Shown here: positions 29,651-42,946 of the stretch, piece after piece | Layout of the letters: every line of letters begins with the position of its first letter | Numbering within the stretch: the stretch's first letter is position 1 | Source: the human T2T-CHM13v2.0 reference genome, Homo sapiens | Assembly (NCBI RefSeq): GCF_009914755.1 | Contig: NC_060928.1 | Reading direction: 5' to 3' (one strand) | Length of the DNA stretch: 64,000 bases | The notes under the pieces: generated by a model | Seen by the model: the letters and a program-made list of their open reading frames with translations, nothing else | Databases searched by the model: none | What the model was told of the DNA's origin: nothing | Made by a program: the position numbers and the translations under genes

Positions 29651-29696
29651 ATTACTTTTAATGGGAAAAACCGCAACTAGTTTTGCACCAACCTAA
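29651..29696. mobile_element. Half MADE1 (Hsmar1-derived MITE)
   Basis: ATTACTTTTAATGGGAAAAACCGCAACTAGTTTTGCACCAACCTAA matches one MADE1 TIR plus spacer, followed by TA. Confidence 0.85.
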
Positions 29697-29830
29697 TATA
29701 AATATTAGTTATTATTATGGGAAAATCTTTCTCCATGTCATAGCCAAGGGGAAGCATCTATCTGTAAAATCATATTATATTACTGTGGTTGTTAGCAAAC
29801 CATTCCTTCAATTGCCTATTAGTAAAGATT

Positions 29831-29836
29831 TTTATT
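29831..29836 (-). terminator. Candidate proximal ARSJ poly(A) signal AATAAA
   Basis: First canonical AATAAA I found on the minus strand after the stop codon (~1.1 kb UTR). Confidence 0.5.
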
Positions 29837-30945
29837 TTTTAGGACCAATGATACAATTTTAGCTAGAAGTTAGATCAGAAAAGCCACAGTAAATTTTCTA
29901 GTGCCATAAAGTAAATCATTTTAATAATTAAGATACATAAATAGTTTATGATAGAAACAATAAAGTTGTCTCAACTCTGCACAAACATTGAATTTCCAAG
30001 TAATTTGTAAGGAATATATTCATCTTATTACATTCAAAATCTTGATTGAACAATGACGATTATAAAGTTTTCTGAATGATGTTTTTTATAGTCTGAATTC
30101 ACACAGTATTACATTAATTTATAGTATTACAGTGCTTGATAATTTGAAGAAATGAAATAAAATTCTTCTAATGGTATGCAGGAAATAAAAATAAAAGTCA
30201 TTTGCATAACTTTTTATAAAAACAACAAAATATTTTTCTGTAAAAATAAATTAGGTTTTTTATACTGAAATGTTCTTCTAGTAAAGTGTTTAGAAAATAG
30301 TTACATTCATTGTGGGCAGTGTGCTCAAACATTCTTATTTGCCATTCCCTCACGCATGGTAAAATGAGGTGCAAGCTGTTCACATGTGAGAAAAACAGCT
30401 TTTCACAGGAAAAGAAACATATATTTATATATATAAAATAGAATTAATTAAAAAACCCAAGTGTCATATGACAGACATACAAAAATTCACCAAGAAAATA
30501 TATTCTTCAAGGCCTTTGAGGTGACACAATCTTTGACTGTAATTTATCAAAGGTAGTTTTAATCATGCTACCCTGTAACTTCCATCAAATTAGCATGCTT
30601 GCGGATGGTAGGTTATTGTTCTCCTCCTATAATTCAAAGCAGTGTTTGGTCAGTTGACTGAAGCACAGCAGTGGAACTCAGGACTCACCACGTTTTCTAA
30701 AGGAGCGAGAGAAATAAACATCTCCACTCTCTCTAAGTGTGGCTTGCAAGAGTAGCACCTTGGCACTGAGCAGGACAGTTTTCAGTGTGGCGGCCAGGTG
30801 GCAGAAGTCTCTGGAGTGGCACAGCATGAAAACAAGCCTGACGCTTAGGCCAGCGATATTATCGAGCCAAATTTGCTGGTTTACCTAGGAAACAGATGAA
30901 AGATAAGAACTGATTAAAGTTTAACCAAACAGGAAATATTTGTGC

Positions 30946-32347
30946 TTATCCACAAGTAACACCTGAATGGCAAGTTGAACCTGAGACTGCTTTCTGCTGT
31001 TTCTTCTTCTTTTTTTTGCTTTTCTTTTGCTTTTTCTCAGCCTGATTTTTGCTTGGCTTCTTTTTCTTGGTTTCCTCTTTATACCATGGTCCCCAGACCC
31101 CTCCATTGAGCCTAGGGTTACTTCTGGGGTCTTTGGGGGGATACCTGACCGGCACTGCAGTTTTGTTGAACTGTGAGAGCCTCCGTAGGAGCTTCTTCAC
31201 GATTCCTGGATACCTGTTAGATAGGTCCACCCTCTCATATGGGTCGGCTGTGATGTTGAAAAGCCATACACTTTTGCCAGTTGACAAGGTGATCCGTTCA
31301 TTGTGCCACCGGTTCGGTCCCAGGTTGCTGAAAGACTGAGGGGGGACCCAGTCGCTGTAGCCAGGATTTCCTGTAAGCAATTTCCAGTGCTGCACTCTGA
31401 TGGCTGACTGGATTGCAGTGTTCCAGATCCCATAGCCTGCTGCCCAGGAGCCATTTTTTGCCTTGGTGTATATGGGGTCAATGTTATGCAAAATATCTAC
31501 TCGGGGTGAGCGAAGACCCTCACTTATGGTCTCCCAGATATCATAGCCATCTAGTTGAATGTCCTCATCAATCTGTCCTTCAGCCAGTGAAATGAGAGTG
31601 GGGTACCAGTCAGTGATGTGCACAAGTTCCTTACACACTGTTCCCTTGTTTTTCAGAAGTGGGCTATGCACAAAGCCTACAGCCCGGATCCCTCCTTCCC
31701 AATATGTTCCTTTGCTACCTCTGAGAGGCCAGTTACTCCCTCCTGCCGTAGGCTGGCCACCATTATCTGAAGAGTAAATGATAATGCTGTTGTTATAGAA
31801 ACCATAAGTCTTTAGAGCCAATGTCACGTTGTTGATTGCTTCATCTAAGCAGGAAAGCATGGCAGCATATCTCCTCCTGTTTATGTTGATAATGGATCGG
31901 TAGTGTTCGAAATACCTGCCAGGAGCTTGCAGTGGTGAATGAACAGCTTGATAGGCAATATATAAAAATATAGGCTTTGTGGGGTTATGGGAAGCTAAGA
32001 TTTGCTGTACTCTCTGAGTGTACATCTGTGTGGAGTATATGCCATTGTCATAGTCCCAGGCAGCATTGTCGTTTTCATACAAGTCATAGCCACACATCCC
32101 AGGACTGTCACATTTGTAGTGTGTATAGTAATCCCCACTTCCCAAAAGGGAACCAAAAAAGGTATCAAATCCTCTTCTGGTGGGCATGCATTCTTTTCTG
32201 TAAAAACCCAAGTGCCATTTTCCGACCATATGCGTTGAATATCCAACCTCCTTCAGTTTCTGAGGTAGGGTGGCATTGTCCAGAGGTAAACAGTTGGGTT
32301 GGGTAGGTCTTATGATAGAATGTTGAAGTCCGGTGTGTATCTGATAC
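30946..32347 (-). CDS. ARSJ: Arylsulfatase J, terminal coding exon (1 nt + 466 codons + stop, YQIHTGLQH...GVTCG*)
   Basis: The 427-aa ORF extends 39 codons upstream in frame to acceptor ttttctcttttcttaag|GTATCAG (phase 2). Sulfatase motifs [24 protein letters not shown] and Lys-rich tail are recognised as ARSJ. The signal peptide and CxPxR motif would be in the exon outside the window. Confidence 0.97.
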
Positions 32348-32368
32348 CTTAAGAAAAGAGAAAAAAAT
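32348..32368 (-). promoter_or_regulatory. ARSJ: 3' splice site (polypyrimidine tract + AG) of the ARSJ intron
   Basis: Minus strand TTTTTTTCTCTTTTCTTAAG immediately before the in-frame coding sequence. Confidence 0.92.
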
Positions 32369-32607
32369 TGTTATCAGGGCAGGATAAAAGAGATATTCTA
32401 CATAAAACAATGATCCCTAAATTAAAAAATGTTTCTATGGGCATCATTGTTAAATTATAATTGACCCCAATGATAAATGACCAATTCAGCATTTCTGCTC
32501 TTTACTCACAAGTCTTACTCTAATTAACTTCCTATTTAACATTTGAAATGCATTTCAATCTAAGCCAGTACTTTTGAAAGTAAAATTTTGCCACTTATCT
32601 CGAAAGT

Positions 32608-32899
<292 letters not shown>

Positions 32900-33164
32900 T
32901 CAAAGTCTTTTAAAGTTCTTATAGTGGAATTAATTTGAATACACTTTAATCTCTTAATTACATGACTGAAAACTGACAAGGTAAGAGAAAAGATATACGG
33001 AATCAGAGTGTTATTATTATTATTGCTTTTAACCTAGGGGCCTTCTAAATCATTAGCTCCTAGTTTCCTGAGATCATTTATTTCAAGCTAACTCTTAAGT
33101 ACTAAAAATACAAGGAAAAATTAGAGAAAAATCTCCTGTTTGATTGTAAAACAATAGTTCATTC

Positions 33165-33458
33165 TTTTTTTTGAGACGGAGTCTCGCTCTGTCGCCCAGG
33201 CTGGAGCGCAGTGGTGTGATCTAGGCTCACTGCAAGCTCCGCCTCCCGGGTTCACGCCATTCTCCTGCCTCACCCTCCGGAGTAGCTGGGACTACAGGCG
33301 CCTGCCACCACGCCCAGATAATTTTTTTGTATTTTTTTAAATTAGAGACGGGGTTTCACCGTAGCAGCCAGGATGGTCTCGATCTCCTGACCTCGTGATC
33401 CGCCCACCTCGGCCTCCCAAAGTGCTGGGATTGCAGGCGTGAGCCACAGTGCCTGGCC
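33165..33458 (-). mobile_element. AluY
   Basis: Y diagnostics GCAAGCTCCGCC, TTCACGCCATTCTCC, AGGATGGTCTCGATCTCC. Confidence 0.93.
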
Positions 33459-34305
33459 CTTAATCTCTAATCTGTTAGATCTCTGAAACGAGATAGAGGT
33501 TTCTGACTACACAATACATTATTGTTTAAAAATCATTTTAGAATAAATGTTTTAGCTAGTGCTACAAATTATATTTTTCCAAAAACAACAGGTAATAAGT
33601 CCTTATGTATGTTTCCCACAGTGTCTCTTTTTAAAAAACTATAATCACTTATAAAATAGTCTAAGAAAGCGTAACACTTTCTAATATGTTAAAAATTAAG
33701 TGAATGTTAATTTCTTGCATTTTTCTCTTTCCAGTGGTATTTGCCAAGGGCGTTTTCCAAGAAGGGGTTATTATTACACAAGTGTATGAATTTTCACTTG
33801 GGCCATGATATACTAGTTAGTTTCTGACATTTAAAAATTGATTCTATAGTTATAAGTTGAAAAACACTTTTAAAATAGAAAATATAAAAATGAAAATAAA
33901 ATTAAGGTTGCAGAAAATTGTTAGGGTAAATATGTAAATAATCTTGGAATCAAATTACAAAAAAAATATTGAGGTCAAAAGCAGCTTTTTTCACAGTGAT
34001 TTAACCTGAAAGGCCAACATGTTATACATGCCTTGGATGAATAGTTCAATTTATTTTTAATGTTTTAATGATAGCATGATGAAACTATGAGCTTTTTGAA
34101 GTGTTAATTGCAACACACACTGATGTTTCTGTGGGCACTGGAGTGATATCTGATCACTATTGCAAAGCAGCATTCACATGGACCCTGTTTACTCCACTGA
34201 TCATTTAGCTGTCAGTTTTGCAATAGTCATGATTGTGGTAATTTAAAATGTAAGAAATTCCTAAAGAAATAATCTTTTCATAAACATCATAAGTACCAAG
34301 TTTAG

Positions 34306-34689
<384 letters not shown>

Positions 34690-35297
34690 TAACAAGTGAA
34701 TGTTTTAGACACAAGTGAATGTTTTCTAAAATTAGAAAAAAAACTAATTTTTCACACAAGTACATGACAAATTAGTAAATACCCATTAATGGAAACTTGG
34801 AGGAAATTAAAAAGGGAAACATCTATACGGGTAAAAATTTTGGGAATCATTTATGGGGATCAGTTATTAACAAAATAATTATGCAGAAAATTGATTTGAC
34901 TGGAATGTCTATTTAATTCATCAAATGGTAAACCAGTTAAGCATTTCTAACTAAATTGGTCATTTTCTCACCTATTGGCAAAGGCAACAGGAAAAGAGGC
35001 TTATGAAAAACATAAAATACAGGAAACGTTTGCAGAAAAAAAAGAAAGTAAGAAGAGGTTTGCTGCTTTCAGAAAATGGTGTAGCGTCTGCAGATAAATA
35101 GGAGTTCAGAGCTACTAATCAACTATGAGGTTTCTGTCTTCTCTAGAAAGTAGAATGGTTTTTAAATTGGAAAATTTAAAACCAGCAACATAAAAGTTTG
35201 ACAGCAGCTTATAACAGGGAAGAGGTTTTCAGAGCAGCTCCTGCTTAAATGAGTTCCAGCCTCTATGGTGGAATAGGAGGAAGTTTCAGGTAATTTG

Positions 35298-35465
35298 GGG
35301 TGTGGGTTAAGGGTGTAGGTTTTGGAATCAAACAGACCTGGGTTTGAATTTGCTCCACTGCTTATTACCTGTATGGTTTTGGGAAGTACTTAATCCCTCT
35401 GATCCTCAGTTTCCTCATCTGTAAAATAGGGATAATAATACATATTGGGTTGCTGCAAGCATTGG
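35298..35465 (+). mobile_element. MIR
   Basis: MIR core CCTGGGTTTGAAT...CCTCAGTTTCCTCATCTGTAAAATAGGGATAATAATA. Confidence 0.85.
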
Positions 35466-36321
35466 AAGGGAGCAGAGTCTAGTAAGGAAGGTATATTTAT
35501 TCAGCGATAGCTTTAACAATTATCCCAGAATGCTGAATCGGTGTCACTAACATTTGCATAACGCTTTTTAATTTATAGATTTTTTATATGCATTATTGCA
35601 TTTAAGTTTCACTACAACAGTGAGAAGTCAGATTTTTTAAGTTCATTTTATAGATGAGAAAATAGAGATGTAGAGAAGTTGTGGTTTTCTCCCCAGCACC
35701 CTCAACCTGCCCCACCAGGCTGTGAAACTGATTCTTGATCAACAGTGGCAAAGTCCGATGCACTCTCTGTTCTTTTTAAGAGTTAATATCAGTACTTTTT
35801 GAAAAATCAAGGAGCAGAGGAAAGATGCCAGAAGTCTTGAGAAGCAAATCTGTTCTAACTTTCCAATTAAAGAAAGGAAGGATTTGTAAACCGGATAGTG
35901 AGACTTATGTTGATCCCAGAAAAATTTGAGAATGATTTTTTTAAAGTATGTGATTTGTAAGCATTTCAAAAATAACAAATGGGACAAAGTCAAAAAAGAA
36001 AAGTCCTGCCAAGTTAGCTTCATTGTCTTTTTTTAAAAAGGATCAGCATTAGGTAAATAGCTTAGGAATGATTTAGCATTTGAAAGGGCTGCCTATTATT
36101 CTTTTTCAATAAAATAATGAAAAATCAACTGTATGTTAGCACTTTAGTTGGGGGTAAGAATGATAATCTTACACTTTAATGAAAGTGAATATAATATGAA
36201 AATTTTTTTTTACTGATATGCTCTTCTCTGGCCTCCACAAGTCTGTGGGGCAGGTAGGAGTGTTTCATTTAGTTGAAAAAAAGTAAAGAAAAGAAAGAAA
36301 AACAACTCAGAAAATAAGTCC

Positions 36322-36775
36322 TCACAGCACTATTCAAAACAGCAAGACCTGGAATCAACCTGAATCCCCATAAATAGGAGATTGGATAAAGAAAATGTGG
36401 TACGTATAACCCACAGAATACTATACAGCCATAAAAAAGAACAAAATCATGTCCTTTGCAGTAATATGGATGCAGCTGGAGGCCATTATCCTAAGTGAAT
36501 TAACACAGAAACAGAAAACCAAATACCACATGTTCTCACTTATAAGTGAGTGCTAAACTTTGATTGCACATGAACACAAAGAAGGGAACAAAAGACACCA
36601 GGACCCACTTCAGGATGGAGGGTGGGAGAAGGGTGAGGCTTGAAAAACTACCCATCGGGTAGTATGCTCACTACCTGGGTGACGATATATCTGTACACCA
36701 AACCTCCGTGACATGCAATTTATCCATGTAACAAAACTGCACGTAAACCCCTAGATCCTAAAATAAAAACTGGAA
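36322..36775 (+). mobile_element. L1 3' end (older primate, L1PA15/16 or L1PB-like)
   Basis: GGATAAAGAAAATGTGGTAC...TTCTCACTTATAAGTG...CATGTAACAAAACTGCAC...AAAATAAAA. Confidence 0.85.
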
Positions 36776-38086
36776 GGAATTAAAAGAAAGAGACTAAGGA
36801 GACATGACAATTAAATGCAATATGTGGTTTTGAATTGGAATAGTTTCAATAAAGAACGTATTTAGAGAACTGGCAAAACTTAAATGGGATCTCAGGATTA
36901 AAATGGAATAACAATGCTTCCTGATTTTGATGGTTTTGTGGCTAACACAGGAGAATACTCTTGTTGGTAGGAAATACTAAAGTATTGAGGGATGGGACAT
37001 CACGTTGGCTCTTAACTCTTAATTCAGGAAAAATGCTATTTGTGCTGCACTTGCAATTTTTCTATAAGATTGTCTCAAAATTTAAAACAAGATGTAAGAA
37101 AATCTAACTGGGATAAATAAAAGATATTTTATTTAAAAATCCATTTTTTACACGTCAGCTATATAAGACTACATAAATGGATCTGAGAAGTTGAATATAT
37201 CAGACTACAAATTTAATAAAAAGCAAGAGACAAATGAGAGCTATAGTTGTAATTAATCTTTATATAAAGGCAGTGTGCAAATTCTGACGAGTAATAATCC
37301 CATTATGTTAATTAGAACACATCTGAAAAATAGTATTCAATATTTAAGCATGTTCCCCTAATATATGCACGTTTACTTATTTATAAATTACACTCATGCA
37401 TACTGTATTAATTTAGGAACATTATAAAACTTACACAGAATAGAAATTAAAGGGGATGAGATAAAAATAAATGTAAGTAGAATTTCTTTTATTTCTTTTT
37501 GCATCCCAATGAATCATCTTGCATTACCCTTTGGTGTATGTATTCCAATTTGGAGACCACTGGTATAGAAAGTGGATTTTAGAAAGATGAGAATTGAAAC
37601 ACAGATTGTTTAGAAAAGAATTTTTCTAAACAATCTCTTCTAATTGTTTAGAAGAGATTGTTTAGAGATTGTTTAGATTTGTCTAGGTCAAAGATGATGG
37701 TGGCTTGGACTACCATCTAGTGGCAGTAAAAATGGAAAGAGGTAGATGGATGAAATGTATATTTAGATTTAGAACTGATAGGACTAAATCAGTGAGAGAA
37801 GTACAGAAGGAGTGGGAAAAAAAAGAATTAGGAATGATTTCTAGATTTGTTGCTTTTATAACCTGGAGAGTGGTGGATAGTTCAACTCCTCTCTGTTTTA
37901 TTTCAAAGCATAGAATTAGGACTAATGGTCAATATTATAAAGAGGCTGATTTCAACCCATTGTGGAAAATAACATTCTAAAAAAGAAAATAAACAAACAA
38001 AAAAATAGTAAACAGGCTAGATAAGAATTTGCCAAGGATTTTGTAAAAGGGATTCCTGAATTGGAAACGAAGTGCTAGATGACCTC

Positions 38087-38458
38087 TAATATGGTTTGGC
38101 TGTGCCCCCACCCAAATCTCATCTGAACTGTAGTTCCCATAATCCCCACATGTCGTGAGAGGGACCTGGTGAGAGGTAATTGAATCATGGGGGCAGTTTT
38201 CCTCATGCTATTCTCGTGATAGTAAGTTCTCATGAGATCCCATGATTTCATAAGGTGCTTCCCCTTTCGGTTGGCTCTCATTTCTCTCTCCTACCGCCAT
38301 GTGAAGAAGGATGTGTTTGCTTTCCCTTCTGCCATGTTTGTTAAGTTTCCTCAGGCCTCCCCAGCCTTGTGAAACTGTGAGTCAATTAAACCTCTTTTCT
38401 TTATAAAGTACCCAGCCTCAGGTATATCCTTAGAGCAGCATGAGAACAGAGTACTACA
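38087..38458 (+). mobile_element. THE1 (MaLR) solo LTR, antisense to ARSJ
   Basis: ATATGGTTTGGCTGTGCCCCCACCCAAATCTCATC...AATTAAACCTCTTTTCTTTATAAA...TACA; CCTCT on both flanks. Confidence 0.92.
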
Positions 38459-39414
38459 CCTCTAAGCTTCTTCCTAACTATAAGAATCCATGAGTCAAAG
38501 ACTACTGCTCAATGTGTCAGTAAAGCGTCTCCATTTAACATCAGAACAGCTTCACAGTACCAAGTTTATAATATCATTTACAGATATTTCATAGGGAAGA
38601 TTCCACAAACATCGATTATATATTTAACATTTATTTGTATAATATGAAATTAGTTTAAAAATAGATTTTTCATATAATATATTCCAAATGCTTGTATTAC
38701 CTTGGCTAAAAAATAAAATAATTTTGAAATTTAGTAAGTTTTTTTGTCACAGTCTGGCTACCATGTGAAGAAAATTCCACATGAATAATAGTAAACCTAG
38801 AGTTGTTGCCAAATCTGTTAAAAGCAATCACCATCATTCTCACTTTACTGCCAACTTAAAAGAAAAATGCTAAGTAGACCTTTCAGCTTGGCATTAGAAT
38901 ATGTGAAGGTATATAATTTTTTGTATTAATTTGTATTACTGGGTGCTGGATACTATAGACTATGAATTCTTCTTTGTCTGAAAATATTGTCTAAGATGTT
39001 ATTGTTTTAACCTAATTACATATTTAATGTACTCTTGTAAGTGGGATAAAATATGAATACTAATACTTTTATGCAGACTTTAAAGTCCAGAATGGTTAGC
39101 GAGTAAAAAATAGGCCAATAGTGGAGTAGAAATTCATATTTTGAAGGGAAGGAAATAAATGCAAGAGACTGTAGTTTACAAATCAAATATCACTTGGATA
39201 TTTATGTAGGAAGAATATAACTAATTTTCCATATTCTGAAAGGTGTTTGCTTATGACTGCCTTCCAAAAGACTCTCTTGTCTATAAATAAATTCTATTTA
39301 TGGGCCTTAATTTTATCTTTCAGTTAATTATATCTTCTGGAAAGGGGTGAAAGTGGGGCGGGCTGTGGCAACAAATATATGCCTAGTTGTTTAATCTCAT
39401 GAATAAGTGAATTA

Positions 39415-41170
39415 ATTGCTTGTTTAACACTCCTTCTCCTACACTGTGCTAGCTTTGGGGATTACAACAGGTGAATAAGATGGTCTCTGCTCTCAAGGAA
39501 CTCAGTATAATTGGAGAAACAGACAAGCCATTAGAGGATTATTATGACAGGACTAAGTGTTAGAGTAGAGAACCACAGCATTTTATAAGTGCTCATAGTA
39601 GAGTCAGGACACCTCTCAGAAGGGGCCATGTTTCATTTGAGTTTCAGTGCATTCAGGAGTATCTGGGTGAGTGTGGAATGAAAGCAGGTAGTGCAAGCAG
39701 CTGAAACGACTTGGACAAAAGAGCATTCACAAGGGAAGGTGAATCTGAGATGATTTTTGCAGCAGGAGGAGCCATCCAGGTGAAGAGTTGAAGGGAAGAC
39801 AAAGTGTTTCAGTGAGAGAAGCAGAATGTTTGAATGCAAAAAGTGAGAGAGAATTTGGGTCTCTGTAGATCAACAATTTAGAATATTAGAATAAAAGGGG
39901 AGAGATTCAGACATATCTTGACTAGTCTATAGAGGTAAGTAGGTGCTCAATGACAGGGTGCTGTATTAGAGGATAGAGCTGTACTAAGGTTTTCTTACTT
40001 AATGTGAAGGTCACAGGAAGTCACAGAATACTTTTGAAAAGAGAATGACACAATCGAAGCTTTGCGTTGGAAAAATCAACTCTGGTTGTAGTGTGAAGAA
40101 TGGATTGGAGTGGAACAAGACCTAGGCAGGGAGAAGTGGCCTAATCTAAGAGATAGAGGATGATATCCAAGACTGAGATTTGTTACAGTGAGGATGCAGT
40201 AAAGGGAAGATTAGATATTATAAAGAGAGACATTTGATAGGGTTACAGACTATATGTGGGAAGTGTGGGAGAAGGAAATGTTAAAGATGAGTCCAAAGTG
40301 TCTGGTCTGGGTGGCCGGGTGTAAGGAAATCTTTGCATTGAGTTAAGAAATCCAGAAAAGGGATAGGAATAAATAGGAAGACAATGATTCCTGCCCTGCA
40401 TTTAGCTAGAGGCACCTGTCAGATATCCACTTGGAAATGTATAGGATAAAGTAAAATAAATATTTGACGAATACATTTTAGCTGCTCCTGACACACGCAT
40501 GCACAAAAGGGTAACTATGTGAGATGATGAGTGTGTTAATTTGCTTCACCATAGTAACTAATTTAGTACTTATGGCTAGCCCATTATATCATGCTGTATA
40601 CCTTAAATATATACAATAAAATGTATTTAAAAGAAAAGAGTGGTGTGCTACCCAAATTAGATCACCATAATGTTTTTCACCTGCATTAAAGTTAAGATGA
40701 TAGGTATTTCTTAATGACAAATAGTGGAATGCAATGTTACCATAAAAATGCAGTTAATTTAATTATGAAATAGAGATTTGAGACTCATTAGCTTTTAGGC
40801 AGTAGGCAAATTCATGGGAACTCATGTCGTCATCTAAAGACAAAATGGAGAAGGCCATAGATGGAGCCCAGGATATACCATCATTTAGAAGAAAAGCAAG
40901 AAGCAGCATTAAAAGAGTCTGAGGTAAATCAGCTACCCTGTGAGCTAGAGTAGTGGAGAAGAGTTTTAGAGTCAACTGCATCACTTACTATAGAGAAGCC
41001 AGGAAAAGTGAGAATTGCACAGCATCAACTGGATTTGGCAATAAGCATGTAGACCTTATAAGCTATTCTTTAGTAGAATGGTGTGGGAAGAAACCAGATT
41101 ATAGTGGATTGAGACATGAATGGAAAGTGAAAACATATAGATGGTAAGCATACACTATTTCAAGATACAT
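39415..41170 (-). mobile_element. Fragmented L2, interrupted by an L1MA 3' end at ~40490-40630
   Basis: Purine-rich diverged antisense L2 wording; L1MA motif GTAACTATGTGAGATGATG...ACCTTAAATATATACAATAAA; boundaries approximate. Confidence 0.55.
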
Positions 41171-41408
41171 AGATGGAAAAAAAAAGAATATGGTGGGACT
41201 ATAAGTGCTGATGTAGAAAAATGTTTATGATGTATTATTAAGTAAAAGACCATCTGGCTATGGCAGAATATCTATTGTATTATTACATTTTTACAAAAAA
41301 ATGTATAGGTTCCATGAGGGCAGGAACTTTGTTCACTAGTATATATATATCACCTGAAACAATACGTGGCTCATAACAGCACATCAATTGTTGAATGAAT
41401 AAATGAGA

Positions 41409-41409
<1 letters not shown>

Positions 41410-41437
<28 letters not shown>
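41410..41437. repeat. (TG)14 microsatellite
   Basis: Seen directly. Confidence 0.95.
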
Positions 41438-41439
<2 letters not shown>

Positions 41440-42628
41440 TAAAGAGAGAAAGATAAAGAAAAAATGTATACATATATGACAATCTGTTGAACATGATTAT
41501 TTCTGGGAACATAATAATTGTGGGAGGAGAAGCTTTCAACTTGTTATGTAAATTTACATGTAAATAAAATCTATATGATTAGGTTTCAAAAAAACTAGCT
41601 TATTCTACTCAGACTAATTGTATCAAGGCAACTAATTAATTTGAAATAAAAAGGATTAAATATAAATGTCAAATGAATGGACACACTCACTCATCTCCTG
41701 TTCTGCCTAGCAGGGACATCTACTCAGGAGGTTACCTTCGGACTAGACAAAAGGGGATGGAATCAGCTAAATAAATTCTGTAATTACCCCTCAAATCCAG
41801 AGAAAATGTCTCCTTTCACTACACAAGCAGATAAGGAAACTTGTCAAGTAACTTTTAAAATTTCTGCCTTTGGATAATCTTTCCTAGTCTCTGCTATTTG
41901 TCCTTGCAATTGCCTTACTCATCCACTGTCGGTGAACCTTCAGGACACCAAAGCTTTTTCTACATTGATTACAATTTTCCTGGTCTCTTTGGAAACACAG
42001 CTACAAATAACACGCTAAGTGATTCTTTTCTGGAAATAGTTTTCATCCAAAAGTAAGTTTCTTTCCTACTAGATGGTCTTTTCCCTGACTCTTATTATCT
42101 CATGTTCTTTTCTCTTTTTTGGAATTATTTATTTGAAGACCCATAGTTCAAAAAAATAAGATTTAATATATAAGTTACAAACTACCAAATACCTACTGAC
42201 ATGAATATTCACTTATGTAATTAATGAATCTCTCATTTATAAGATTACTTACAGAATAAAATGTAAGAGGGAACTCTAGGGGTACATTTTAAAATTATCT
42301 AATTTATAGAGACTATTTCAAGGATACATACACTCCATAAAGCAAGTGTACCCACACTGCCAAAATAATATTTGTATTTTTCTTGCTATTTTCAATATGA
42401 CTACAGAATAATGTAAAATTATTTTTAAACAAATGTACAAGTTTTCATCTCCTCTATTCCAAGCAAAAAATGCACTTAGATATGTAGACTAGGGAGTAGC
42501 TTAAATACTAAACTATTCCTGATACTACCAACTTTGCCCTATAGACAGGAATTGTTAAGGAAGATATCCTTAAGTAATATCATCGTAATATTAGTTAGAA
42601 TCCTCAACGTAAGATATAGAGAATTTAA

Positions 42629-42946
<318 letters not shown>

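Noticed and set aside
32229-32231. ORF-track ATG as the true start of the gene
   Set aside because: The frame continues 39 codons upstream to a splice acceptor, and the catalytic motif and signal peptide are absent from this ORF
31049-32306. Plus-strand ORFs antisense to ARSJ
   Set aside because: Short shadow frames of a real coding exon with no independent signals
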